Shown: positions 17,891 to 28,801, numbered from the stretch's first letter. The stretch is DNA of 64,000 nucleotides from an uncultured Gammaproteobacteria bacterium (GCA_964407865.1 CAYOXC010000001.1:1103-65102), one strand, 5' to 3'. Translations and numbers: made by a program. Notes: generated by a model from the letters alone, not told the origin.

Positions 17891-18265
17891 ATGTCTGTAA
17901 GAAGATTTTTTCAGAGTTTTAAAGACGCCTTCGAGGGGGTGAGGTATGCTTTTCTTCATGAACAGAATTTTCGTATTCAGCTTATTGTCGCTCTTATAGC
18001 ACTGGCTTTGGCTGTTTTTTTACCGCTTAAAGAGTCAGAGCAATTACTTATTGTAGTTATGGTTTTTATGGTCTTGGTGGTAGAGCTTTTAAATACCGCT
18101 ATCGAGCGGTTTATAGACCTTTTAAAGCCTCGATTGCATCATTATGCTAAAACAGTTAAGGACGTTATGGCAGGGGCGGTATTTCTGACTTCATTTTGTG
18201 CTGTAATAGTTGGTTTAATAATATTTTTACCTTATTTTATTCAGTATATCGGCAATTGTTATTAA
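17891..18265 (+). CDS. dgkA: Diacylglycerol / undecaprenol kinase family membrane protein
   Basis: Three transmembrane helices and the DgkA signature ELLNTAIE. Confidence 0.8.
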   Translation: MSVRRFFQSFKDAFEGVRYAFLHEQNFRIQLIVALIALALAVFLPLKESEQLLIVVMVFMVLVVELLNTAIERFIDLLKPRLHHYAKTVKDVMAGAVFLTSFCAVIVGLIIFLPYFIQYIGNCY

Positions 18266-18326
18266 GGTGGTCTAGGAGTATAATTATTTTATATTTTTTG
18301 ATAAAAAGATTTATTTTTAAACAAAT

Positions 18327-19598
18327 ATGGCGAGACGCGGTGATAACATAATATGTGGCATGGACATTGGGTCAACCTCAGTGAGAATTGCTGTAGGCAA
18401 GCCAATGGAGCTTGATACCAATGATGGCGCATTGCAGATTATTGGTCTAGTAGAAGTGCCTTCCGAAGGCGTATCAAAAGGCGTAGTAACAAGCATAGAA
18501 GATGTTGTCTCCAGTGTCTCCTCGTGTCTTGAAGTGGCAGAAAGAACAGTCGGCGTGCCGATTGATACGGTTTGGCTAGGCATTTCAGGTACCCAGACCA
18601 TGATCCAAGGAAGTCGTGGTTATGCCGCGGTGGCAAAGTCGGATAATGAAATTACTCCGGCAGATGTTGATCGTGCTATCGAATCGTCTCGCTCTGTTTC
18701 GACCCCGTTAAATTATGAGATTCTGCATGTCACGCCTAGGGCGTATAATGTTGATGGTCAAAGTGGTATAAAAGATCCGGTAGGCATGACCGGGCTTCGT
18801 CTGGAAGTTGATACAAAGATTGTTCTTGGCCAGTCTTCTCAAATTAAAAATTTAACGCGTGCAGTCTATCGGGCCGGTCTTGAGATAAACGATGTTGTTT
18901 TGTCTCCGCTCGCGGCAGCTAATCTTCTTTTAACATCTCGGCAGAAGGATTTAGGAGTAGTACTTATTAATGTTGGCGGACAATCTACAAGTGTTACTGT
19001 TTATGAAGAGGGTGATTTGTTGCATACAGTCACCATACCGGTTGGTTCTGCTCACATTACTAACGATCTTGCTGTAGGATTGAGAGCTTCAATCGATGTT
19101 GTTGAAAAAGTTAAGCTTGAATACGGCGATTGTTCAACAGATTCATATCGCAGTCATGATGAAATAGATTTATATGAACTTGGCTCGTTAGAGCACGAAA
19201 TATTTAAATTAAAAGATATAAATTCAATTATTGAAGCCAGAGTTGAAGAGATATTCTATATGGTTGATCAGGAGCTGAAAAAAATACAGCGTAGCGGCCT
19301 GTTGCCGGCTGGAGCAGTGTTGACCGGCGGAGGAGTAAAGCTTAGGGGAATTGTTGAAGAGGCAAAAAATACTCTTCGTTTACCTGTAGTCATGGGTTAT
19401 CCTATTGGTTTGATTGGCACCTCAGACCAAGTAAATGATCCGGCATATACCACAGCTATCGGCTTGGTTAAATGGGGGATTGATATGTACGGCGCTGGAA
19501 TTCACAGTTCCGGCCGCGGTGATTTATGGGGTTCAATAAAAAAATCATTTGGATTAAAAGGTAAATTGAAAAAAACAATAAGTTCGCTTATACCCTGA
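18327..19598 (+). CDS. ftsA: Cell division protein FtsA
   Basis: Actin-like fold markers: GMDIGSTSVRIAVGK at the N-terminus and LTGGGVKLRGI near the C-terminus. Lies immediately upstream of ftsZ. Confidence 0.9.
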   Translation: MARRGDNIICGMDIGSTSVRIAVGKPMELDTNDGALQIIGLVEVPSEGVSKGVVTSIEDVVSSVSSCLEVAERTVGVPIDTVWLGISGTQTMIQGSRGYAAVAKSDNEITPADVDRAIESSRSVSTPLNYEILHVTPRAYNVDGQSGIKDPVGMTGLRLEVDTKIVLGQSSQIKNLTRAVYRAGLEINDVVLSPLAAANLLLTSRQKDLGVVLINVGGQSTSVTVYEEGDLLHTVTIPVGSAHITNDLAVGLRASIDVVEKVKLEYGDCSTDSYRSHDEIDLYELGSLEHEIFKLKDINSIIEARVEEIFYMVDQELKKIQRSGLLPAGAVLTGGGVKLRGIVEEAKNTLRLPVVMGYPIGLIGTSDQVNDPAYTTAIGLVKWGIDMYGAGIHSSGRGDLWGSIKKSFGLKGKLKKTISSLIP

Positions 19599-19605
19599 GG
19601 ATTAT

Positions 19606-19634
19606 TTTCTTGACAGCATCCCATTATCAAAGTA
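19606..19634 (+). promoter_or_regulatory. Candidate promoter in the ftsA-ftsZ spacer
   Basis: TTGACA, then a 17-nt spacer, then TAAAAT. It is followed at about 19641-19670 by a hairpin (AGCGA...TCGCT) plus a T-run that could be an ftsA terminator or attenuator. Confidence 0.4.
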
Positions 19635-19737
19635 AAATAATAGCGAAGTTGATGCTCGCTATTTTTATTTAGTTGATTGAATACAAAATTTATTCATCTG
19701 AAAATTACTATTGTCTTTTCTTATATAACCATATTTT

Positions 19738-20997
19738 ATGCCACAAGTTAAACCAGAAATAGAAACATTTGCAAAAATTAAAGTCGTCGGTGTTGGCGGT
19801 TCTGGCGGCGCTGCTATTAATAGAATGATGTCGGCAAAGATTCGTGGTGTGGATTTTGTCGCCATGAATACAGATGTTCAAGATCTGCATCATAATTTAG
19901 CACCTCAAAAACTGCATATTGGCAAATCGGTTACTCGTGGTTTAGGCGCGGGCATGGATCCTGAGTTAGGACGCAGAGCAGCTGAGGAATCTCAAAATGA
20001 AATAAAAGAATTACTAAAAGATTCTGATATGATTTTTGTTACTTGTGGTTTGGGTGGCGGAACCGGTTCTGGGGCGAGTCCTGTGGTAGCAGAGATTGCT
20101 CGTGAGCTTGGAGCTTTAACTGTTGCGGTTGTAACAAAGCCGTTTGCATTTGAAGGACAGAAGCGCAGTGAAATTGCCAATCGTTCCTGGGATCAATTAG
20201 TAAAACATGTAGATACGATAATAACGATTCCGAACGATAGGATTAACCAGGTGATTGATAAAAAAACAACCATGCTTGATGCGTTTAAGATTGCCGATGA
20301 TGTTTTGCGTCAAGGTGTTCAAGGTATTTCTGAACTAATCACCATGCATGGTCTTATTAATGTTGATTTTGCCGATGTCAAAACAATCATGAAAGATACT
20401 GGCTCTGCTCTTATGGGTATTGGTTCTGGAGCCGGCGAGACAAGAGCGATTGATGCTGCCAGGATGGCAATATCAAGTCCGTTACTTGAGTTATCAATTG
20501 ATGGAGCTCGCGGTATACTGTTTATTATATCTGGTGGGCCAGACTTAGCCATGAGTGAAGTTGAGGACGCGGCAAAAGTAATCACTTCATCAGCATCTGA
20601 AGATGCAAAAGTCGTGTTTGGCGCTATCATCGATGATAGTTTAGCCAATAATATAAAAATTTCTGTTATCGCCACAGGTTTCGATGATCGCCGACCGCAA
20701 CACGATGAGGAGACGACTTCTCGCTATTCTCCTTTTGGCAACGTAGCTTTATCTTCAAAGTTCAGACAGCGTGAAGAGGAAGACAAGGAAAAAAAGTTAT
20801 TTGAGGACCTCGTCAGTTCAAAAAAGACGGCTAACAAGACGGAAGATGATTCTACGCTTCGCAGGGGCTCACCAGTCAAGGAAATTAAAAAAGAAAAACA
20901 AGCACCGTCTGCGCCTCAGATAATTTCTGAAACACCAACCGTAGACGATGAAGAGTTGGAAATTCCAGCATTTATTCGTCGAAAAATGGGGGTTTAA
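19738..20997 (+). CDS. ftsZ: Cell division GTPase FtsZ
   Basis: Tubulin signature GGGTGSGASPVVAEIARE, KIKVVGVGGSGGAAINRM at the N-terminus, and the T7 loop region NVDFADV. Confidence 0.95.
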   Translation: MPQVKPEIETFAKIKVVGVGGSGGAAINRMMSAKIRGVDFVAMNTDVQDLHHNLAPQKLHIGKSVTRGLGAGMDPELGRRAAEESQNEIKELLKDSDMIFVTCGLGGGTGSGASPVVAEIARELGALTVAVVTKPFAFEGQKRSEIANRSWDQLVKHVDTIITIPNDRINQVIDKKTTMLDAFKIADDVLRQGVQGISELITMHGLINVDFADVKTIMKDTGSALMGIGSGAGETRAIDAARMAISSPLLELSIDGARGILFIISGGPDLAMSEVEDAAKVITSSASEDAKVVFGAIIDDSLANNIKISVIATGFDDRRPQHDEETTSRYSPFGNVALSSKFRQREEEDKEKKLFEDLVSSKKTANKTEDDSTLRRGSPVKEIKKEKQAPSAPQIISETPTVDDEELEIPAFIRRKMGV

Positions 20998-20999
20998 TT

Positions 21000-21458
21000 A
21001 TGCGCTGCCCAGTTTGCAATAATCTGGAAACCAGTGTTGTTGACAGCCGCTCGTCAAGCGACGGCCTTGCTATAAGGAGGCGGAGAGAATGCAACAAGTG
21101 CTCATATCGTTTTTCCACTATTGAGGAAGTGGAACTTTTAGACATAGTAGTAGTAAAAAGCGATGGAAGAAGAGAGTCGTATATGCGGGAAAAAGTTGAA
21201 CGCGGTATTAAGCAGTCGCTTTCTAAGCGGTCATATACGGCAGATAATTTTTCTCGTTTGATACATTCTATAGAGCGCGATATTCAGAAGCGAAAAAAGC
21301 GGGAAATATCAAGCAAGGATATTGGCGAGATAGTAATGAAGCATCTTAAAAATTTTGACAAAGTTGCTTACATCCGTTTTGCCAGTGTTTATCGCGATTT
21401 TAAAGATGTTAAAACTTTTCAAAGAGAATTAAAAAAGATTGGCAACAGCAAAAAATAA
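21000..21458 (+). CDS. nrdR: Transcriptional repressor NrdR
   Basis: MRCPVCNN...SVVDSR...IRRRRECNKCSYRFSTIEEVE: a zinc ribbon followed by an ATP-cone. The gene starts 2 nt after the ftsZ stop. Confidence 0.9.
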   Translation: MRCPVCNNLETSVVDSRSSSDGLAIRRRRECNKCSYRFSTIEEVELLDIVVVKSDGRRESYMREKVERGIKQSLSKRSYTADNFSRLIHSIERDIQKRKKREISSKDIGEIVMKHLKNFDKVAYIRFASVYRDFKDVKTFQRELKKIGNSKK

Positions 21459-21459
21459 T

Positions 21460-21903
21460 ATGATTGAGGAAAAAAAGGAGACAACCAAAGAGGTCGAGGT
21501 TTCAGAAGAAAAAAAAGAGAACAAAACACCTCAATTTATTGGCAACAGCAAGAAAGAGGATGAAAAATCTTTAGGCCACCGAACTTCGGACCTGCGCGAG
21601 CTTTTAGAAAAAAATTTAAAATGGTCGCAGATTATATATGAACAAAATCGCCGTATCAGTCGACGGTTGCTTTGGAGTTCAATTGCGGCATGGTTAAAAT
21701 GGATAATAATTTTAGGCGTTATCGTTTGGGGGGCTTGGTATGGTTGGCCAATAGTAAAAAATTTGACTAACCAGTACGAATCGATTATGAAGCAGCTTGA
21801 GTTGCCGGATGGAAAAGTTGATAATACCACTTTAGAAAAAATATTAAAGATCTTGCCTCTTAACCAATCTCAACAGGAGCAGATAAAAGCGATGACAAAA
21901 TAG
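21460..21903 (+). CDS. Hypothetical membrane protein
   Basis: ORF with one strong transmembrane segment (LLWSSIAAWLKWIIILGVIVWGAWYGW). The ORF track starts it at 21439, overlapping nrdR; the ATG at 21460 avoids the overlap. Confidence 0.45.
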   Translation: MIEEKKETTKEVEVSEEKKENKTPQFIGNSKKEDEKSLGHRTSDLRELLEKNLKWSQIIYEQNRRISRRLLWSSIAAWLKWIIILGVIVWGAWYGWPIVKNLTNQYESIMKQLELPDGKVDNTTLEKILKILPLNQSQQEQIKAMTK

Positions 21904-22112
21904 GGTTATGCCGCGTTATATAACTTCCAGTGTGTTTTATGAAACAATGATTTTTGATTGTGAAATACGACGGGGAAAATAATGCCATGCTCAATTTAAA
22001 AAAAAGCGAACACAATAGTATTTATTTACGGCGTTTAATTTATTGATAAGTATATTTTCACAAGCATTACACCTCGAGGTGCTTGCTTCTGAAAGTTGAT
22101 ATACGGGGTATG
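21903..22112 (+). repeat. Copy B of the ~210-bp element; its terminal ATG at 22110 is the pyruvate kinase start codon
   Basis: Left end GGGTTATGCCgcgtTATATAACTTCCAGTGTGTTTTAT. Right end GGTGCTTGCTTCTGAAAGTTGATATACGGGGTATG. Termini are conserved with copy A; the interior differs. Confidence 0.5.
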
Positions 22113-23549
22113 CACAAAAATACAAAAATAGTCGCCACCATCGGTCCGGCGTCAGAAAGTTATACAAAAATCAAAGCTATGGCGAAAGCGGGCATGAATG
22201 TGGCCCGTCTTAATTTTTCGCACGGCAGCTATTCTAATCACGCAAAATTAGTTAGAAATATTCGTCGGGTTGAACGAGAGTTGGACCAGCCAATCGGGAT
22301 AATGCAGGATATCCAAGGTCCTAAAATACGCCTAGGAGAAATGCCGAAGCGTGGTTTAGTGATAATGGCCGGCAAAGAGGTTGTGATAAATACTTCATTA
22401 AAATCTTATGAGGGATCAGATTTGCCGCTTTATTTCCCTGGTCTAGAAAAATTTATTAAGCCGAAAAGTAGTATTCTTATTGACGATGGACACGCTGAAT
22501 TGAGAGTTAAGCGAGTTGAGAAAGATCGTATTATCTGTCATGTTGTTGAAGGTTATAATTTGAAAACGCACAAAGGAATAAATTTTCCAGATAGTTATTT
22601 GAAAATACCGATTATGAGCGATAAGGATAGAGCGGATTTGCGGTTTGGTTTAAAGACGGGTGTTGATATGGTTGCTTTGTCATTTGTGCATACGGCTAAA
22701 GAAATTCGCACTGCACGTTCACTGATTAAAAAAATTCAGAAGGAACTAAAACAAAAAAGTGCCGTACCGATTTTTGTAATTGCTAAAATTGAGCGCAACG
22801 AAGCTGTGCAAAACATTGATTCAATACTCAAAGAGGCTGATGCGGTTATGGTGGCTCGCGGTGATTTGGCCATGGAAACGGAAATGTCTGAAATGCCACT
22901 TTTACAAAAAATGATTATAGAAAAAGCTAATTGCGCCGTAAAGCCCGTTATTGTTGCCACTCAGATGCTTGATTCAATGCAGACAAACAGGCGGCCGACT
23001 CGAGCTGAAATTACTGATGTGGCAAACGCCGTAATCGATCATGCTGACGCTTTAATGCTTTCAAATGAAACTGCAATGGGAAAATATCCGGTCGCGGTGG
23101 TAAAAACAATGTCGGAGATTATTCAAACTACGGAGGACTCAAAATATGACGATATCGACCCTTTGAGAGAACTGCATCCGCACAAATCAATTAGCCGGGC
23201 AATTGCCGGTCTTTCAGGCGTGATGGCTCTGCAAGTCGGAGCTAAGGCAATTTTAGTGGCCTCAGCCACCGGTACCACAGGCAGGCTGGTAAGTCGCGTT
23301 AGGCCGCCATTTCCGGTTTATGTGGGGGTAAAATCAATTGCTGCCGGCCGTCAACTTTCAATATCTTGGGGTTTAAAGCCGTTTATACTGCCGACCAAGC
23401 GTTCGCTTGAAGACTTAGTCAGCGCTTTTTTGAAATATGTAAAAAAATCCCGTTTAGTAAAAAAAGGCGATAAGATAATTTTGATTTCTGGTGAGCCGGT
23501 AGGTAAGCCGGGGAGTACAAATTTATTGGAAGTGAAGGAGATAAAATAA
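22110..23549 (+). CDS. pyk: Pyruvate kinase
   Basis: MHKNTKIVATIGPASES matches the canonical pyruvate kinase N-terminus; also NFSHGS and MVARGDLAME motifs. The ORF-track start at 22083 adds 9 residues that are unlikely to be real. Confidence 0.9.
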   Translation: MHKNTKIVATIGPASESYTKIKAMAKAGMNVARLNFSHGSYSNHAKLVRNIRRVERELDQPIGIMQDIQGPKIRLGEMPKRGLVIMAGKEVVINTSLKSYEGSDLPLYFPGLEKFIKPKSSILIDDGHAELRVKRVEKDRIICHVVEGYNLKTHKGINFPDSYLKIPIMSDKDRADLRFGLKTGVDMVALSFVHTAKEIRTARSLIKKIQKELKQKSAVPIFVIAKIERNEAVQNIDSILKEADAVMVARGDLAMETEMSEMPLLQKMIIEKANCAVKPVIVATQMLDSMQTNRRPTRAEITDVANAVIDHADALMLSNETAMGKYPVAVVKTMSEIIQTTEDSKYDDIDPLRELHPHKSISRAIAGLSGVMALQVGAKAILVASATGTTGRLVSRVRPPFPVYVGVKSIAAGRQLSISWGLKPFILPTKRSLEDLVSAFLKYVKKSRLVKKGDKIILISGEPVGKPGSTNLLEVKEIK

Positions 23550-23575
23550 TTCGCACATTCAAAAAACACTGAAAA

Positions 23576-23612
23576 ACAAAAACACCAGATTAAAAATTGG
23601 TGTTTTTTGTTT
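23576..23612. terminator. Bidirectional rho-independent terminator between pyk (+) and glyA (-)
   Basis: AACACCA, a 10-nt loop, then TGGTGTT, flanked by an A-run and a T-run. Confidence 0.5.
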
Positions 23613-23628
23613 TAGTCCTTATTTGTTT

Positions 23629-24867
23629 TTACAAATATAGAGGAAATTGTTTTGTCAGTTCTATCACTTTATTTTTTATGGCAATCAGTTTCTCATCATC
23701 CGTATGATGAGTTATAGCTTCGTTAATCCATTCGGCAATTTGTTTCATTTCTGCTTCTTTCATACCTCGTGTAGTAATGGCTGGCGTTCCCAAGCGAATA
23801 CCTGATGGATCCATTGGTGAACGCGGGTCGGTAGGTACCATATTTTTATTTACGGTGATACCGGCTTTGTCCAAGGCAATCTGCGCTTCTTTACCGGAAA
23901 TATTTTTGTTGCTCAAATCAATCAAAAGTAAATGATTGTCTGTACCGCCGAAACAAATATTGTATTCAAGCTTTTTAAATTCTTCTTCCAGCACTTTCGC
24001 GTTCTTAAGAACTTGTTTGACATAATCTTTAAACCCCGGCTCTAGTGCTTCTTTAAAAGCTATGGCTTTGCCAGCAATATTATTTTCATGCGGTCCTCCT
24101 TGAAATCCGGGGAAAATAGATTTATCAATTGCTTTAGCGAATTTTTGTTTACACATAATCATTCCACCGCGTGGTCCGCGCAAAGTTTTGTGGGTAGTAG
24201 TAGTGACTACATCAAAAATAGGCACTGGATTATTCATTACACCACCGGCGATCAGTCCGGCGATATGAGCGATATCTGCCATGGTAATGGCTTCTACTTT
24301 ATCGGCAATTTCTTTTATTCGGGTGTAATCAATTTCTCGGGAATAAGCGCTGTAGCCGACTAAAATGATTTTTGGTTTGTGCTCTAATGCCAATTTTTCA
24401 ATTTCTTCGTAATCTATTCGTCCGTCATCAGTAGTTTTGTAGCGGATAAAATTATAAAGTTTAGCCATATAGGTGACCGGATGTCCATGCGTCAGATGTC
24501 CGCCGTGAGCTAAATCCATGCCAAGCACCGTGTCTCCAGGTTCGAGAAGGGCAAAATAGACGGCTATATTGGCCGGAGCGCCTGACAATGGTTGAACATT
24601 GACATGTTCAGCGCCAAAGAGCTGTTTGGCCCTTTCTATGGCCAAATTTTCCACTTGATCAATATATTCGCAACCGCCATAATAGCGTTTTCCTGGGTAG
24701 CCTTCAGAATATTTATTGGTTAAAACAGAACCAAGCGCCTCCATCACCGCTCGGGAAACAAAATTTTCTGACGGAATCATTTCTAAGCCTGTTTCTTGTC
24801 GATGTTTTTCTTTTTCAATCGCATCAGAAATATCCGAATCAAACTCCATTAGTTTTTGTTTATTCAT
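23629..24867 (-). CDS. glyA: Serine hydroxymethyltransferase
   Basis: [17 protein letters not shown] and the PLP-binding region [14 protein letters not shown]. Confidence 0.95.
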   Translation of the reverse strand: MNKQKLMEFDSDISDAIEKEKHRQETGLEMIPSENFVSRAVMEALGSVLTNKYSEGYPGKRYYGGCEYIDQVENLAIERAKQLFGAEHVNVQPLSGAPANIAVYFALLEPGDTVLGMDLAHGGHLTHGHPVTYMAKLYNFIRYKTTDDGRIDYEEIEKLALEHKPKIILVGYSAYSREIDYTRIKEIADKVEAITMADIAHIAGLIAGGVMNNPVPIFDVVTTTTHKTLRGPRGGMIMCKQKFAKAIDKSIFPGFQGGPHENNIAGKAIAFKEALEPGFKDYVKQVLKNAKVLEEEFKKLEYNICFGGTDNHLLLIDLSNKNISGKEAQIALDKAGITVNKNMVPTDPRSPMDPSGIRLGTPAITTRGMKEAEMKQIAEWINEAITHHTDDEKLIAIKNKVIELTKQFPLYL

Positions 24868-24871
24868 AATT

Positions 24872-25273
24872 TTATTTGTTTGAAAGTTTTAAATCATCAA
24901 TTATTTCATATACATTTGGCGCGCAGTCATCCGGTAAATTATCTATATCAAGCCAATCCCACTGGGCGATTTCTTGACCGGGTTTAACTTCGCCGATTCG
25001 TTCGGCCAGATAATGGATTAATAAAATTACTCGTCCCTTAATGTTTAACATTATTGGTTTTAAGGGTTTCAATATTTTTATTTCAATACCCATTTCTTCC
25101 ATTACTTCACGCTTACAAGCTTCTTCCAACGATTTATCAAAATCTTCTACTTCGCCACCGGGAAACATCCAGGGGCTGACACCATCTGGTTTATGTTCTT
25201 TGTTAAGAAGTATTTTATTATTTTCAATAATTACAGGACCTGAAGCAATAATGGAATTGGCGGGTAGTTGCAT
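24872..25273 (-). CDS. NUDIX hydrolase
   Basis: Nudix box [27 protein letters not shown]. The ATG at 25273 (MQLPANS) avoids overlap with the upstream gene; the ORF track extends to 25366. Confidence 0.7.
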   Translation of the reverse strand: MQLPANSIIASGPVIIENNKILLNKEHKPDGVSPWMFPGGEVEDFDKSLEEACKREVMEEMGIEIKILKPLKPIMLNIKGRVILLIHYLAERIGEVKPGQEIAQWDWLDIDNLPDDCAPNVYEIIDDLKLSNK

Positions 25274-25292
25274 ATATTTTATTTTTAAAAAA

Positions 25293-26885
25293 TTATTTAA
25301 ATTTTTTGACCATGTAACCGTGTTCCAGTCGGTAACCTTGTTTGCGGTAATAACCACGTACGCCAATACCGGAAATAACTGCTAATTTGGATATTTTATT
25401 TTTTAAACAGATTTTTTCCGCTTCCTTTATTAATTTTAATCCTAAACCTTTATGTTGTGAAGCTGCTTTATTTTTGCTGCCAATTTGAAGGGCTTGGCCA
25501 TAGGTGTGCAATTCACGGATAAAAGATGGATACAAACCGTTTTTGTCAATGCGAAGGCGACAAAAAGCAAAAACAATTTCGCGTTTGGTGTTTTCAAAAC
25601 TTAAAAAATATTCTGTGCCTCTATTGGCTTCGTATTTATCAGCAAATAATTTGATGGATAATTTTTTATTTGGATTATTTTTTTGATGTCCAGCTTCCCG
25701 ACAACGCAAGCAATTACATTTTAACCCTCGTCGTGCCATCTCCGATTGAATTACTTGTCGCAAGTTTGTCATTCGGTTTCCAGCAACAATATGGTGTCCG
25801 GGAATATCTCGGATAAGACGTGAAATGCGGACATAACGCGGAACATTGGATTTAAAATTTATTAAAAGTTCTAATAATTGCTTGTCTGAGTAAGGTTTAT
25901 ATTTGCCATTTTTTACCCAACGGTAGAGTGGAGAATTTTTTACCGCTGTACAAGGATAAATTTTTATCATATCCGGACGGTAGTTTGGATCGGAAAAAAT
26001 TTCAGACAGCATTTTTTCGTCCTTTTTAGGTGTTGAGCCAGGTAGCATAGGCATTAGATGGTAATCAACTTTAAAACCGTAATTTTTTAGCAATTTTGTC
26101 GCCTGAACAGTATCACTCATAGCGTGGCCGCGTTTAACCAGTTTTAAAATTTTTTCATCAATTGTTTGAACGCCTAACTCAATCCTGGTTGAGCCAAGCT
26201 GGCGCATTTGTTCAACGCTTTTGTTGTTGATTAAATCAGGACGAGTTTCTAAAGTCAAGCCAATAATCCGATGCTCTGCTTTTTCATTTTTTTTCTGTGC
26301 ATGAAATAGTTTATTTTTTATTACATCAACTTTTTCAATTTTACTTTTTGAATTTTTAATTTTATTACACGCCTCAAAACAGCGCCAGATAAACCAGTAT
26401 TGATAGGCGAGGGGGTAGGCGTTCCAGCTTCCGCCTTTAACAATCAGTTCAATTTTGTCTGTTGGGTGGCCGTTTCTCTTAAGCACCTTAATACGCTCCA
26501 CTACTTGACGGTAAGGATCAAATTTTAAAGCCAGAGCCCGGGCAGCCGCCGGTTCATCGGAAATATAGCTTTTGGGCATACCCCGTTCATTGGGGCAATA
26601 AATACATTGGCCCGGGCAGGGGAATGGTTTTGTTAAGACGGTGATCACGGTTACGCCTGACAGGGTACGAATAGAGCGTTTGCGCAAAATACGCTCCAGA
26701 TTTGGTGAGCGTTTTAGTTTGCCCGAAGCCACTAATTCGTGATAAGCTTTTATCAGTTCGGTTTTAGCCGGTATTGATTGACCGGTCCCTTTTAAGGCGT
26801 GGCGAACAGCTAAATTAAGACCAATTTCGTCTTGCGGGCGTTTTTTGGCAATAATTTTTATAATATTTTCTGTCGAAATTTTCAT
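25293..26885 (-). CDS. Elp3-like radical-SAM/GNAT protein, a putative tRNA uridine-34 modifying enzyme
   Basis: N-terminal radical-SAM region with CPGQCIYCP and a C-terminal GNAT-like fold (QHKGLGLKLIKEAEKI...YYRKQGY). Length is about 530 aa, as for archaeal and bacterial Elp3. Confidence 0.75.
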   Translation of the reverse strand: MKISTENIIKIIAKKRPQDEIGLNLAVRHALKGTGQSIPAKTELIKAYHELVASGKLKRSPNLERILRKRSIRTLSGVTVITVLTKPFPCPGQCIYCPNERGMPKSYISDEPAAARALALKFDPYRQVVERIKVLKRNGHPTDKIELIVKGGSWNAYPLAYQYWFIWRCFEACNKIKNSKSKIEKVDVIKNKLFHAQKKNEKAEHRIIGLTLETRPDLINNKSVEQMRQLGSTRIELGVQTIDEKILKLVKRGHAMSDTVQATKLLKNYGFKVDYHLMPMLPGSTPKKDEKMLSEIFSDPNYRPDMIKIYPCTAVKNSPLYRWVKNGKYKPYSDKQLLELLINFKSNVPRYVRISRLIRDIPGHHIVAGNRMTNLRQVIQSEMARRGLKCNCLRCREAGHQKNNPNKKLSIKLFADKYEANRGTEYFLSFENTKREIVFAFCRLRIDKNGLYPSFIRELHTYGQALQIGSKNKAASQHKGLGLKLIKEAEKICLKNKISKLAVISGIGVRGYYRKQGYRLEHGYMVKKFK

Positions 26886-27629
26886 ATGATGAAGAATACT
26901 CAGGCTTTACGAATTTTACGCCAAACTAAGAGAAATTACAATACAATCGCTTTGGATTGGAATGTTAGTCGTGGTAGGCCCTCGGCATTAAAAATTAGTT
27001 TACTAAAAGGCATCAAACCCGGATACCGAGTATTAGATCTAGGGTGTGGAAATGGCTTCTTAGCGCCTGAAGTGATTAAACGCGGAGCTGAATATGTGGG
27101 TATTGATGTGTCAAGTAAACTAATAAGAATTGCGAAAAAAAAATTTGTTGATGAAGTTAAGTCAGGAAAAGCGAAGTTTATTTGCGCTGATGTCTTAAAT
27201 TTAAAATTACCCAACAAGACTTTTGATTTTATTTTTTCATTCGCAGTTATGCATCATATTCCGTCCAACCGGTTTCGTTTAAATTTTTTAAAGCAAATTT
27301 ATAAATTATTAAAACCAGGCGCGAGAGCAGTTGTTGTTAATTGGAATTTATTAAACCAGTGGACCAACCAAAGGTTTAATATTACAGAGCAGTTAAAAGA
27401 AATATCCGCAGATTTTGACACCGGAGACGTTGTTGTGCCGTGGAAGGCAACTGAAGGGAGGGTGGTAAAACGCTATCTCCATTGGTTTAGTGATGAAGAG
27501 TTAAGTAGTTTGACCAAAAAAGCCGGTTTTAAATCATCCCGAATAGAGTACAGAGATCGTTCGGGGAAGAGGAAAAAAAACGGCGAAGAGCAAATCTTGT
27601 TAATAAAAAAATCCTCAGCCCAAGGCTGA
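26886..27629 (+). CDS. Class I SAM-dependent methyltransferase (Methyltransf_11-like)
   Basis: Motif I VLDLGCGNGFLAPE and motif post-I GIDVS. Divergently adjacent to the Elp3-like gene. The start is ambiguous: ATG at 26886 or 26832. Confidence 0.7.
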   Translation: MMKNTQALRILRQTKRNYNTIALDWNVSRGRPSALKISLLKGIKPGYRVLDLGCGNGFLAPEVIKRGAEYVGIDVSSKLIRIAKKKFVDEVKSGKAKFICADVLNLKLPNKTFDFIFSFAVMHHIPSNRFRLNFLKQIYKLLKPGARAVVVNWNLLNQWTNQRFNITEQLKEISADFDTGDVVVPWKATEGRVVKRYLHWFSDEELSSLTKKAGFKSSRIEYRDRSGKRKKNGEEQILLIKKSSAQG

Positions 27630-27641
27630 GGATTTTTTATG
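27606..27641. terminator. Bidirectional terminator between the methyltransferase (+) and the GT4 gene (-)
   Basis: Perfect 10-bp stem ATCCTCAGCC / GGCTGAGGAT around a CAAG loop, flanked by A6 and T6 runs. It overlaps the methyltransferase stop codon. Confidence 0.55.
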
Positions 27642-27647
27642 TGGCGT

Positions 27648-28801
27648 TTATGCCGTTTGTAATTGTTTTTCAGCCATCAAAGTTTCTCTGTAGATATTAG
27701 CTGTTCTTTCGGCAATATCTTTCCATTGAAAATCTTTTTTGACGAATGCCAGATTTTTTTGTCCGGTTTCTTTAAGCAGGACTTCACTGCTGACTAACGT
27801 AATGATTTTCTCCACTAGAGAATCAACCGAAGTATTAGCCGCCCAGAAGCGCCCGTCATTGATTACCTCTTGGTGTTCCGGAATATCCGAGACCAAGACT
27901 GGTAAACCAAAAGACATGGCTTCAAGTACGGTAATAGGCAGACCTTCATTTTCTGACGGATGGACCATCATTAAGGCGTTGGCAAATAGTGAATGAAGTT
28001 TTTCATCTTTTTGCCAATCAGTAAAGACAATTGATTTGTCGTTACCGGCCATGGCTTTTAGATCTCTGACATAATCGTCGGTAAAAGCGCTGCCACCCAC
28101 AATTGCTAGTTTTTTATCCACGAAAAGTCCTGGTGCTCTTTCCCTGGCACGTTGCCAAGCGTCAATTAAATAGTGGGCACCTTTATGGCGGACTAAACGG
28201 GAAATCATAACTAGGTATTTTTGAGGTTCCAGATTCCATTCTGACAGATATTGAGTACCTGGATTATTTTTTATGGAAATACCGTTAGGGTTATAAGTAG
28301 TGTTGACGTGGAATTCGTTAAGACAATAATTCTGAATCGTTTTTGAAACCGCAATAGTCTTGTGCGGGAAAAGACAAGCAAATCTTTCGCCGAGCAGAAG
28401 CATTAATCTGGCAAACAATCCCCATTTTTGGTGATATCGGTCAATACAGTGAAAAGTAGCAATTACTTTAATTTTTGGCGCAAGCACGCGCGGTAACCAA
28501 CTAGCAAGAGATGGTCCGACTCCATGATAATGAATTATGTCCGGCTTACTGACAAATATTGCATGAAATGTTGAAGTAAAAGTGTGTATAATCGCATCAA
28601 AATGTTTGGTTTTTATAGTGGGTGTATGAACTATTTTGATTCCTGCATGCTCGGTTAAATTTTTTGGTGTAAACCATTTTCTAGAATAGACAAAAATATC
28701 ATGGCCTTGATTGACAAGTTCACGAGACAATTCCTCTACATGGCGTTCAATGCCACCATAAAGGGTGGGGATGCCTTTTTGTCCGATCATTGCTATACGC
28801 A
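27648..28801 (-). CDS. GT4-family glycosyltransferase
   Basis: MRIAMIGQKGIPTLYGGIERHVEEL N-terminus. A C-terminal segment fitting the E-x7-E pattern common to this family (EGLPITVLEAMSFGLPVL). Confidence 0.8.
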
